In this document: one piece after another, positions 13,286 to 25,500 of the stretch | How the letters are laid out: the number at the start of each line of letters is the position of its first letter | How positions within the stretch are numbered: position 1 is the first letter of the stretch | Source: Felis catus | Taxonomy: Eukaryota | Direction of reading: 5' to 3' | Assembly: GCF_018350175.1 (NCBI RefSeq) | Contig: NC_058382.1 | Coordinates: 49,912,001 to 49,976,000 of the forward strand | DNA: 64,000 nucleotides | Notes under the pieces: model-generated | What the model was told of the DNA's origin: nothing | The model's input: only the letters and a program-made list of their open reading frames with translations | The model's database searches: none | Program-made: the position numbers and the translations under genes

Positions 13286-13418
13286 TTATTTAAACTGGTG
13301 ATAATCCGGTGGGTTTCTGATCCAGGATCCAAAGGCCTGCTTTCGGAGCGCACTCCAGGCTTCCTGGTAAGTAGACGCAGCCTCCTTGTACTCGTGGTAC
13401 GTCTCTAGCTTCTGCGCC
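13286..13418 (-). CDS. ADAT1: ADAT1 last coding exon
   Basis: [43 protein letters not shown]; cattag| acceptor; TAA at 13288-13286. Confidence 0.95.
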
Positions 13419-16400
13419 CTAATGCACACACACCGCCAAGCACACAGGTTCTCACTGATCAGCTCAACGTGGTGGCCAACTGAGCAATCAGCTGGACAGA
13501 TGTCTAAGCAGAGACTAGGAACAGATCTAGGAACGGGAGGATTTTGGTACGCTTTCCACCAGCTACTCTCTCTCCAATGTAGGAAATTCACTAGAAAGCA
13601 ACACGGATTGAAACAGGGGAGAAAAGGGGGCACCTGGGTGGCTTAGTCAGCTAAGCGTCCGACTCTTTTGCCTCAGGTCCTGATCCCATGGTTTGTGAGA
13701 TCGAGCCCCATGTTGGGCTCTATACGCTGACTGCACTGACCACGTGAACGCTACTTGGGATTCTCTCTCTCTGCCCTCCCTCCCCCGCCACGCTTGCGTG
13801 TGAACTCTCTTAAAATAAATAAATAATCATTAAAAAAAACCCAGGTGAGAATAAACAATGCTAGTCTTGTCTGGTCCTCCTGGTATCAGATAACACAAGA
13901 ATAACTATCTACTTTTTGGTTTAAAGAGTTCTGGGAAATGGCTTACTGCACAGTCCCGTTCCCCGTAAGACCCAGATAGGACTCATGGACGCCCCCCCTT
14001 GGCTTACCTATGACGGATCCTCAAACTCCCATTCTCTGTCTCATAATGACTAGCTGAACTGTTTCCATCCACATACCAATCTCGACAAAATTCTTGCTTC
14101 CTTGACCAACATTAGTTATGCTTCTGTCCTTCTCCCAACCCTGAATTATGACCCACCCTCAGCCTGAGCCAGCATCACAATATGCAGGGACCTATTCTTA
14201 ACGGCTCCTCCTGACAATTGACTGATCTCAAGAAAAGATGTTTCCTGTCTACTCGACCCATCACACCAACTGCGCATTCCATGCCCCCTGCCCTGTTCTT
14301 TCCGGCCTTGTTCACTGCTCCCCACAAAGGGATACTCCTTCCCGCATGCCCTGGAGGCTTACAGACCTTAGGACTGGAGTGTCTTTGCTATGGCATCAGT
14401 CCTGCTGCTGCTGTTAACAGCCCCTCTCTTACTGCAATGATCCTTTTGAGTAAAGTCTCTCCTGACCTCAGTCCAGATTTGTTTTCACCGACACATAAAA
14501 TGTATGGAAACCTCCTGGTCAGTTTGATTCATTTTTCCAGACAAAAAAACAAGCAGAGTGACTCCTGACCAAACTGACTGGAGGGCATCACTACCAACAG
14601 CAGTACGCATGACGGTGATAACAAGTGGTCAGCCTCTTCAAATAGACTTTTCTAGCAACACCTTGGCTTCCCCTCTGCTGTACAATAAAGAATTTGGCCG
14701 GTCTTGTTGCCGGTTCCTGGGAGGGAACCTTCAAACCCCCAGGATTTCCCAAGGGGTAGAAATGTCTTTGTTGGGGCACCTGGGTGGCTCAGTTGGTTGA
14801 GCGACCGACTTCGGCTAAGGTCATGATCTCACGGTTTGTGAGTTTGAGCCCTGCGTCGGGGTCTGTGCTGACAGCTCAGAGCCTGGAGCCTGCTTCGGAT
14901 TCTGTGTCTCCCTCTCTCTCTGCCCCTCCCCCACTCATGCTGTCTCTCTTTGTCTCAGAAATAAACATTAAAAAAAAAAAAAGAAATGTCTTTGTTATTC
15001 ATGGTGGACCCCTCTGATCACACCTGAGTTTATACTTAACGAGGTGACTCCTGATGGGCCCTAGAGAGATCTGGATGGGGCTGGCCCTGCCAGAGAGACT
15101 AACCACAGAGTGGAGTTGGTCTGACCTCCTGATGGGAGGGGAAGATGGAGAATGAGTTCAGTCACATCATGTGGCCAATGAGTCATTCAGGTGTATGTAA
15201 CACAAGCACAGGGAAGACACTGGACGCTGAAACTTGGGTCCCCTTCTGGTTGGTGACACACAGTGATGTGCTGGAAGGGTGACACATCCTGAGGACACAG
15301 ACGAATTGTGTTTGGTACCCTCTCAGACTGTGCCCTGTGTGTCCCTTCTTTTAGCTGGTCCTGATCTATATTCTTTAGAATAAAAAGTAATTGTAGGTAT
15401 AGTGCACTCCTGAATTTGAGTTGTTCCAGTGAATTGTGAACTTAAGGAGGTAGCAGGAGCCCCTGAGTTTGCAGTCAGTGGTCCCAAGCGTGAGGGGCTT
15501 GGGGGCCCTGGAGCTTGCATCTGGAGTATGAAGTGAGGGCACTGACCTTGAGTAGCTAAGTGTCTGGACTACCCACCCACTGGCCCCTGGAGCGGTTTTA
15601 TAGTTCTTTACATTCCTGTTTGGGAGCAATTTCAATTGTAAGGCTGCAGCAGAGGAAGAGCAGAGTGATGTTCCTAATAGACTCTATTGCCCTCTAAGCA
15701 ATAGGGCAGCCCTATATGTCTGCCCTGCCTTCCACCTGGAGGGGGGCAAAGGGGGGGCCTGGAGCAGACCAAGCCCCAATTCCCCCCCAGTCTTCTGTAA
15801 CCCTGCACCACTAAACCACCCCTCCTGTACACCTCAGATCTGCACCTGCAGTCGGAGCCCGGGGAACAGAGGCACATGCGGGTGATAACTAAGTGTCCAC
15901 TGGCCCATTGAGCCACCACTCCTGCCAAAGCTTCCTGCCATTTGTAAACCAGAATTAAACCACAAGTCGTCCTAAATATGAAAAAAAAAAATGGGTCAAC
16001 AGAGTCACCTGAGGGAGTCTGGCCACTTGTCCTCTGAAATACTGCTTAGCAGTTTCTGAAATGATCTAAAGAGTTCCACTTTGCTGATTTGGGATCTGTT
16101 TGGAAAGACAAGACAAAGAAGATTTTTAATGAGTGTTTGATATACACCAGGCCCCTGTCAGGGACACTGGGCTTCCCCTGGTATCTTTCTTAAATTTGAA
16201 CGTGCAGGAACGCCCCCCCCCCCCACCTGTTCTTCACATGAAGAAAATGTAGACCTGATTGGGGAGAGGTTAAAAAAGTGAATCTCCTCTTAAGAAATGT
16301 CATCAGCCATGAAATCATGAAGGTGACAGTCTCAAATGGGGTGACAACAGAGGTGGGATTACTAAATTCCCCCCAGGACCCCTGCCAGCCATGCTGGGCT

Positions 16401-19400
16401 ACTTCTTCCTAAGGGCGCCGGCCCTGTGGGTGATACGGCTCACGACAGTGAAGCTGGGTTTCAGGCTTGAGTGGTGCTCCCCACGTGAACCTCGGTTACA
16501 AAGTCCACTCGGACAAGCACCGGAGGCAGAGCCTCCAGACTCCCCCGCGGGCACTGTGGGCCTTCCTTTGCTTCTAACCTGAAGCTTCGTGCAGGCCACA
16601 GCTCGGGACAGTGAAGGAAGTGAGTGCGGATTCCTCACCAGCCCAACTGGGCTCTCCTGGCTCTGCCCATCCAGGCTGCCGGGATCTGGATCGTGTGCGC
16701 CTCCTTCTTTCCTCGCTATACGCAGTTCACGAGCTGATGCAGAGGAGGCAGATGTGTGTGCCAAGAAGCTGCTGTCTCATCTTTACACATCATACCCTTC
16801 CCCGTCCTCACAGACTGTCCATGTGAGCTGTCCATCAGCTCGGACCCTGTGGCCATAGTAGGTATATGTGAAGTAGGGAAGTGTACATTCTGCCAGAGAG
16901 TTCCCTCACCTGGCGGGCACGGAGGCTACACTGCAGCAATCATCGCTTAGCGGGGGTCCTGAGCCCTCACACTCTCCCTGGGCTTGAACTGGGCCCAAGT
17001 GGCTGCCGGCGCTTAGGAATGTAAGGTTCCTTTAATGGTAAAAAGAAAACCCAAAGCCAAGAAACTAATGAAACTTATCTCATTAACAGATTAAAAGAGA
17101 AATGTAATGTCATTATGAGGAAAAAATGTGCAGAGAAGCACTTGTGAGAATTCAACAGCCACAGAATGATTTAAAATCTTTTAGCAAACGAGGACTAGGA
17201 AAGACAGCATTTACATTCATAAAGGGTATCATTAAAAACCTATAGCAAATTCATGTCCTTAAAATCAAGAATAAGACAAGGGCATCGAGGTGCCTGAGTG
17301 GCTCAGTCGGTTAGGCAGCCGACTCCGGCTCAGGTCATGATCTCGCGCTCCGTGAGTTCGAGCCCTGCATTGGGCTCTGTGCTGACAGCTCAGAGCCTGG
17401 AGCCTGCTTCGGATTCTGTGTCTTCCTCTCTCTCTGTCCCTCCCCCATTCGCGTTCTGTCTCTCTCTGCCTTTCAAAAATGAATAAATGTTAAAAAAAAA
17501 AAAAAAGACAAGGGCATTGCTTTCACAGCTTCTTGAGACCAGCTCTGAAAATGTTTCCAGAATTCTTCCCTCTGGAGGAACAAACAGCACTTTCTCTTAT
17601 GAATGTTTCTGGCGTAAGTGAATGGCCTTGTGAGTGATGTTAAGGTATTATATCTATACAGACGGGGGATGCTGGGAACCACTCCTCTGCTGAACAAGAA
17701 CTCCCTCCAGAGAAGAAAGGCCTTTCTCAAGACCTAATCAACAGCAGAACAGAGTGGCCATACTCGTAATTCCTCTGTCAATGAGACCTACTCAGTAATA
17801 ACCACTCATGTCATTTGTGGAACATAACAATCCTCCTGGCTGCTAGCTACTTCTCTCCAAGGAGCCCTGGTTCCTTTCAGCAGCAACAATTATGTTCTTA
17901 GATATTAGGCTCTCCCTGGTAAGTTGGTTGACATTGCTGGTTGGGGCATCAGAGAGCTAGGAAAATTATATATACATAAACAATTTCTTAAAGATGACAC
18001 AGGTTTATGTAGGTGTTCTTAATCTAGCACTATCTTTTAACATATTTAGGCACACTTAGGGTTGTTGTTTTTTGTTGCTGTTTTTAATCCCTCATGCTTT
18101 TCTTTTATAATCCAATGAGCCACGTAAATGATCTCTCCAGGATGCTCTGGGGTGGAATGAGGATTTGCCACTTTAGGGAAAAGAGCAAAATGAAGCTTCT
18201 TGAAAATGAGGGTCTTTTACCTGGTGTCTGTTATCGGGTCGCGTTGTTTGGAAAAGAACACAAAGACTTAAGTATTTTCTTCTCGTATTGTGTTAGCATA
18301 TTAAATGTCTCTAACATCCGTCTCCTTTCATATGCCCCGCGGTGGTAAAGAAGGTGGTCCTAGGATGCCAGGGCTTGGGAATGAGTAGTGAGAGAACCTG
18401 CTCTCTCCCCAGCAGCTGTAACTCTTTAGAATAAAAGAAACGCTGACTCTTCTGCACATAACATGAAGCTTCACTGGGCAACTGAAGGGGAAACCAACCT
18501 TAACAAGGTGTTTGCTGCGAGCCTGCACCACATTCGCTTTCACTTCTCACCACGTTCCTGGGTGACACATACTCTTAGTTACCCTTGCTTTGCTGTTGGG
18601 GAAACGGAGGCTCAGAGAAGTAAAGTAATTTGCCTAAGGTGTCACACACTGGAGAGAAAGGGAACTAGGAATTAAACATCAGTCTCTTGGACTGCAAAGC
18701 TCCTGCTCTTTCTCCCATACACTTCTTCCCTGCAAGGAGTCTGCCTCCTAAATGGAGAGACACCTACAACACGTCAGGGACCTCAGATCATCTACTCCAA
18801 CATCCTCATCTTACAGATATGGACACACGGAAGCCCGGAATGCAACTGGACTCGTTCAAAGTCATGTGGGTAACTGGAGCCAGAGCGAGCTTGGGAACAT
18901 GAGGTACTCCTCATCAACAGAAAGCACTGACATATCGGGATAAGCCAGAGAATATAGCACTACAGGAGTTTGAAGAGAGGTTCCAGGAGGCAGCGAACCT
19001 GGACCTTCTGGACCTACAGCAACCAGAAGGCAGTGGTGGTTGAGCTGAACTTTCAAGGTAAAAGACGGTGTGGACTCCTAGTGAAGAAGAGCATTTAGAC
19101 CTGAGCGAAGCACAAACAGGAGACACCGTCAGGTGGGTGGGGCCAGGGGGAGCTGCTTCGGGCCTGTCGCTGCCGTAGAGCAGAGCTGGAACTCTGCAGG
19201 AAACATGGTCCCTGTGAAGGCAGGACCTGCTCTGCTCACACACCCTGGTCTGTGGCTGAGAGCTGGTCCCTTGGGAGATGCAAATAGTGGCCTGAAGCTA
19301 GGAGGTCCTCGGGGGGAAAAACTGGTCCCAAAACCTCCACCCCTAACAAGTTTGTTAATATCACTCAATTCAACAGCCTGGGCTAACAGGAAAGGGTCTG

Positions 19401-21884
19401 GGTCTGCAGACTGGGCCATCTGGACCCTGCTGAGTGGCTGTAGAGAACAAAACCTTCTTTTTTAAGGTCTAAAACTATGTAAGTTATTTTTGTCTGTGTT
19501 GAGGCTGGCAAATAAGCATATTAAAAAGAAGAAACAGATCCACCTGTGAACTTTAATTATAAATTTTTTTTTTAAGGACATACTAAAGAAATGGAAAAGC
19601 AACTCAAGAGTGAAAAGAACTACAGTTGACCCTTGAATAACATGGGTTTGAACTGTGCGGGGTCCAGTGACACAAGGATTTTTTTCAATAAATACAGTAT
19701 TATACATGTCTTTTCCTTATGACTTTTGTAATAACATTTTTCTGGTTTGCTTTATGGTAAGAATACAGTATGTAATACATACAACATATGAAATACATGC
19801 TAATCAAGTGTTCATGTTATCAGTAAGGCTTCTAATCAACAGCAAGCTATTGGTGGTTAAGGTTTTGACCAATCAAAAGGTATAAATGGATTTTCAACTG
19901 TAAGGGGGGTCAGAACCCATAACCCCCCCAGGGTTATAGTTCAAGGGTTAACTATACCTGTAAAAGGTAGAAAGCCTACAACAGTCACTCAGTGGCAGCT
20001 CAGTCCATCTGAGATGTAAATGCCTTTGGTGGAGAGGCCATTTCCCTACAGCCCATCCCACCCACAGGCTACTGAAGACTACCAGTGGCTCACTGGGAGG
20101 GAAAAGTAGAGTAGGATCTGCTGAGCATTTAGAAGAAGAAAAACCAGTATGGCAGATGCATGACCCTTGAAACACACGGGGAGCCTCATGTCTAGCAGAC
20201 TACATGTTGTACATTTCAGTCGAAGCCAATATGAAGACAAAAAGTCCTGCTTTCATGGTTGCCTTTCTGATAGGCCAATCACTGTGGAGCTTCATAAATG
20301 ATTCTTGGCTTCCAAGCTTGACCTATAAAACCAGAATCCCTAGTGGTAAAGCCCAAGAAAGTGTTCTTTTCAACATTTTCCAAGGGAAAGAACAGTCTTT
20401 CCAAAAAAAAAAAAAAAAAAAATGATGGCAGGACAACTGGATATCCCCATGCAAAAGAATGAGGTTGGACCCCTACCTCACACCTTATAGAAAAATTAAC
20501 TCGAAAGGGATCAAAGTCATCAACCTAAGAGCTGAAACTAAAACTATGAGAAGAAAACAAAGCAAATCTTTGTGATATTGAATCAGGCAATGGTTTCTTA
20601 CCTGTGATGCTAAAAGCACAAACCACCCACGAAAAAACAGATTAAACAGACTTCATCAAAATTTAAAACTTCCATGTTTTAAAGGGCACCTTCAAAAAGT
20701 GAAAAGACAACCCACAGAATTGACAAAAAATACGTTCAAATACATCTGTGATAAAGGACTAGTACCGGAATATATCAAGAAACCTTAAAACTCAACAATA
20801 AAAGATAAATAAAACCAAGTTAAAAAATGGGCAAAGGATCAGAATAGGTATTTTTCCAAAGAAGATATACAAAGAGCTAATAAGTATATGATAAGATGGT
20901 CAACATCAAAAGAAGCTTAAAACAATCATTAGGGAAATGCACAGCAAAACTACAATCATATAGCACTTCACAGCCACAATGACTACAATAAAAAGAGACA
21001 ATAATGAGTGTTGTAAAGGATGTAGGATAATTGAAACCTATACATTGCTGGTAGGAGTTTAAAATAGTGCAGCTACTATGGAAAACAGTTTGGCAGTTCC
21101 TCAAAAAAAGCAAAAACAAAAAAACCTCCTGAGGTTATCATATGACCCAGCAATTCCATTCCAAGGTATACCCAAGAGAATTGAAAACATACGTCCACCT
21201 AAAAGATTCTATAAATGTTCGCAGCAGCATTATTCCCACAGCCCCAAAGTGAAATAACCCAAATATCCATTAACAGAAGAGTGGAGAAACAAAAAGTGGT
21301 CAGATCCAGACAATGGAATGTAGGAATGAAGGACTGATACATGTTACAACATGGATGAGCCTTGAAAACTTAGGCTAAGGAAATTAAGTCACATACTGTA
21401 TGATTTCATGTAGTGGGAAATCCAGAACAGACAAACCCACAGACATAAAGGAGATTCATGGGGCTGGAGAAGGGCATGGGGAATGACAGCCAGTGGGTGC
21501 GGGGTTTCTTTTTGGGGAGATGAAAACGTTCTGGAACTAGATAGTGGTAACACACGACTGCACAGCCACCATCTCCTTCTGCCCCAATATGCTGTACCTG
21601 GCCTGAAGGCACCTGATTGCCTTCCGTGTTGTTCCCTGTGGAAAGCCATTGGCAGTGACATCCAGTGGCTGCTCAGGAACCGCACTCCAGCTGATGGCTA
21701 TGAAAAGACAAGATTCTGCAATTAAGACTGTTCAGTTTCCTGTGAACATCAGAGGTGTTTTAACAAAAATATTTCCCTGCGTCTGCAGACTCAGGAGAGT
21801 TGGACATGACATCAGAGTCAATGGTTGCCACTCTGATGGATGGCCTCCAGAATATGGTAATATAAAGTGGTTTGTGATTCATCA

Positions 21885-21916
<32 letters not shown>

Positions 21917-22507
21917 TCTAATAACCATTAAGCATTTATCATATGCTGGACACAAGGTAATTGAATGAAATAGAATTTCTCATTTAATCCTCATAACAGC
22001 CCTAATAAAGAATGATAGACTTTTCTTCCACTCCTTAATCCCCATCACCTATTTTCCCCATCCTCCCTCATTCTACCCTCTGGTAACCATCAGTTTGTTC
22101 TCTATAGTTAAGAGTCATTCCTTGGTTTGTCTCCATTTTTTTCCCCTTTGTCATTTGTTTCTTACTTCCACATGAGTGAGATCATATGGTATTTGTCTTT
22201 CTCTGACTTATTTCACTTAGCATAATACTCTCTAGCTCCATCCATGCTTTGCAAATGGCAAGATTTCATTTTCTTTTGACTAATATTCATTGTGTATATA
22301 CATTACCTCTTCTTTATCCATTCATCTGCCAGTGGACACATGGGCTGTTTCCATAATTTGGCTACTGTAAACACAGGAGTGCATGTATCCCTTTGAATTA
22401 GTGCTTTTGTACTTTTTGGGTAAATACCCAGTAGTATGATTACTGGATCATAGGGTGGTTTTATTTTTAATTTTTTTAATCTTTTTTTTTAATGTTTATT
22501 TATTTTT

Positions 22508-22538
<31 letters not shown>

Positions 22539-25500
22539 AGAGGATCCAAAGTGGGTTCTGCACTGACAGCAGAGAGCCCGATGTGGGGCTTGATTTCACC
22601 AACTGTGAGATCAAGACCCGAGCTGACGTCGCATGCTTAACTGAATGAGCCACCCAGGTGCCCCTATTTTTAATTTTTTGAGGAACCTCCACACTGTGTT
22701 TCACAATGGCTGCACCAGTTTGCATTCCTGCTAACAACAGTGCAAGGAGGTTTCTTTTTCTCCACATCCTTGCCAACACCTGTTTCTTGTGTTGTTGATT
22801 TTAGCCATTCTGACAGGCCTGAGGTGATAGCTAACTGTAGTTTTGATTAGCATTTCCCTAATGATTAATGATGTTGAGCATCTTTGCACATGTCTGTTGG
22901 CCGTCTGGGTGCCCTCTTTGGAGAAATGTCTATTCAGGTCTTCTGCCCATTTTTTAAACTTGGATTCTTTACGAAATGATATTCTTACCTACAAATGAAG
23001 AACTTGAGGCTAAGACAGGATAAGTAAGTTGCCCAGAGTCACGGAGAGCATGAACCTGACCTAGGGTGGGTGTTTCCCAAGCCCACACTACTTTTTTAAA
23101 AAATTTTTTCAATGTTTATTCATTTTTGAGAGAGACAATACGAGCGAGCGTACAAGCTACGAGCAGAGGAAGGGCAGAGAGAGAGGGAGACACAGAATCC
23201 GAAGCAGGCTCCAGGCTCCAGGCTGTCAGCACAGAGCCCAACGCAGAGCTCGAACCCACAAACCGTGAGATCATGACCTGAGCCGAAGTCGGTCACTCAA
23301 CTGAGCCACCCAGGCACCCCCCAAGCCCGCACTATTGACCACTGAGGTAATAAACTGCCTTCCCAGGCTGGGTGGACGCAGTGCCCCCCAGGCCACCCCA
23401 CGGTCTGGGGAAAAGTCACTCCAGGGCAAGGGGAACCAGGTTACCTTACCTGCGCCACAAGGAACAAGTCGGCCTGGGCTGTCAGCCCTTTTTGCCTGCA
23501 CTGCGCCGCGGCTCTGTTCAAACAGTAAACCGGACTGCTGTATTGTCACTTCTTGAACTCCAAAGCCTTTGGGTAAAGCTGAGACGTTCTGACACCTAAT
23601 GTGAGGGAAAATGCATTTGGTTTAGGCCCTCTGTTTGAGGAAGAGAATATGGAGGACTGTGGACCACTTCATCCCTGAGTCTCGGCGAGAGGGCATAACA
23701 GAACAGAATCTAGATCATATGAACCTCATGGCTGAAGGGAGATCCCTTCCCATCACTCTGAAGTGAAAACGATGAATTGAGTCACCACCCCTCAGTGACT
23801 TTAGTGACTCCAAACTCCACTCCTGGTACTGGCTTTGAAAGATGTGAAAACCTTAAACAGAAATATTAACTTGTGGCATCTGCTTCCTAGGGAATCCTTT
23901 ACACACACCAGAAACTCAAACCATACTATAATATAAAAGTTTCATTTTTTCCTTTTGTATCTTTCACACAATCTACAGGCCAATGTGGTGCTGCTCTGGA
24001 ACTGAGGAGACAGCAACTTTAAGGTCTCAGAATGGGGAAAGCACAGGAAACTCAGAAAATATCTTGCACACAGTGCCTAGAGTTGCCTTTTTAAAGTTTA
24101 TATATTTGAGAGAGAGAGGATGCACACGCACGTGAACATGAGTGGGGGGAGGGGCAGAGAGACAGAGGGAGGGAGAGAATCCCAAGCAGACTCCATGCTG
24201 TCAGTGCAGAGCCCGATGTGGGGCTTGAACTCATGAACTGTGAGATCATGACTGAGCAGAAATCAAGAGTCCGATGCTTAACCGACTGGGCCACTGAGGC
24301 ACCCCTGGGTTGCTTTATTTTTTAAAAAACATCTTATTAGGGGGCACCTGGGTGGCTCAGTCAGTCGGGTGTCTTACTCTTGATTTCGGCTCAGGTCATG
24401 ATCCCAGGGTCGTGGGACTGAGCCCTGCACTGGGCTCTGGGCTGAGCATGGAACCTGCTTCAGATTCTCTCCCTCTGTCCCTCTCCTGGCTCGCACAAGC
24501 TCTCTGTAAAACAAAATAAAATTAAAAAAACACCCAACATCTTATTGGGATATAATTTATATACCATAAAATTCATCCACTTAAAGTGTAAAATACATTT
24601 TGTTTTTGGATATTCACAGAATTGTGCCAACGTCACCACAGTCTAAGTTTACAGTTTCATCCCTTCAGTAAGAAACCCTGCACCTGTTAGCAGTCACTCC
24701 GCATACCCTTCTCCAGCCCTTGGCACCCACGAATCCCCTTCTAGATTTGCCCGTTTAGGACATTTCTCTACATAAAATCATACACTATGTGGCTCCTCTC
24801 ACTTGGCATCAAGTTTTCAAGGCTCATCCGTGTCGCAGCTTGTATCTGGCCTTCACTCCTTTTGGGGGCTAATATTCCACCATAACAGTCCACCCCCTTT
24901 TGTTTATCCAGCTGACGCACACTTGGGCTGTTTCAGGTTTTGGCTACTATGACCTACCTTGCTATGAACATTTGTGTACAAGTTCTTATGTGGATGTATG
25001 TTTTCATTTCTCCTGGGTACGTACCCAGGAGTGGAATTAGTGGGTCACACCCTGCAGCTGCTCCCTGGACTGAGCCTCGGGGGAGCAGCACATCTGACAC
25101 GACAGGCTTCCCCTCCAGCCATGGCCTCATCCTGCCCTCAGTTACCACAGCCTTAACTGGGTCTGGCTGCCCTTCTTTAGGGAGACCACACTTCAGTGAT
25201 TAAGCTTTGTCTTTTATCTTTTGAAAAATTAACACTGATGTTGATCGTTTTTAAAAATTATAACAATATATATATATAGGTACTGCAGGAAAATTAGAAG
25301 ACAAGAGTAATTGCAAAGAAGAAAAAAAACACCCATAACATCACAACTCAGAGGTAATCATTCTAATAATTTGGTATATATTCTTTGACAGTTTTTTTTC
25401 TATGTGCACATATACTTTAAGACCAGGGGCACCTGGGTAGCTCAGTTGGTTAAGCGTCCAACTCTTGATTTTGGCTCAGGTCATATCTCACAGTTTGTGG

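Noticed and set aside
18921..19057. Plus-strand exon-like segment (caacag|...|gtaaaa) reading [34 protein letters not shown]
   Set aside because: All three frames contain stops within the segment, the pyrimidine tract is weak, no partner exons were found and no homolog was recognised.
21649..21921. ORF ending in poly-His
   Set aside because: Caused by the (CAT)n microsatellite, antisense to an ADAT1 intron.
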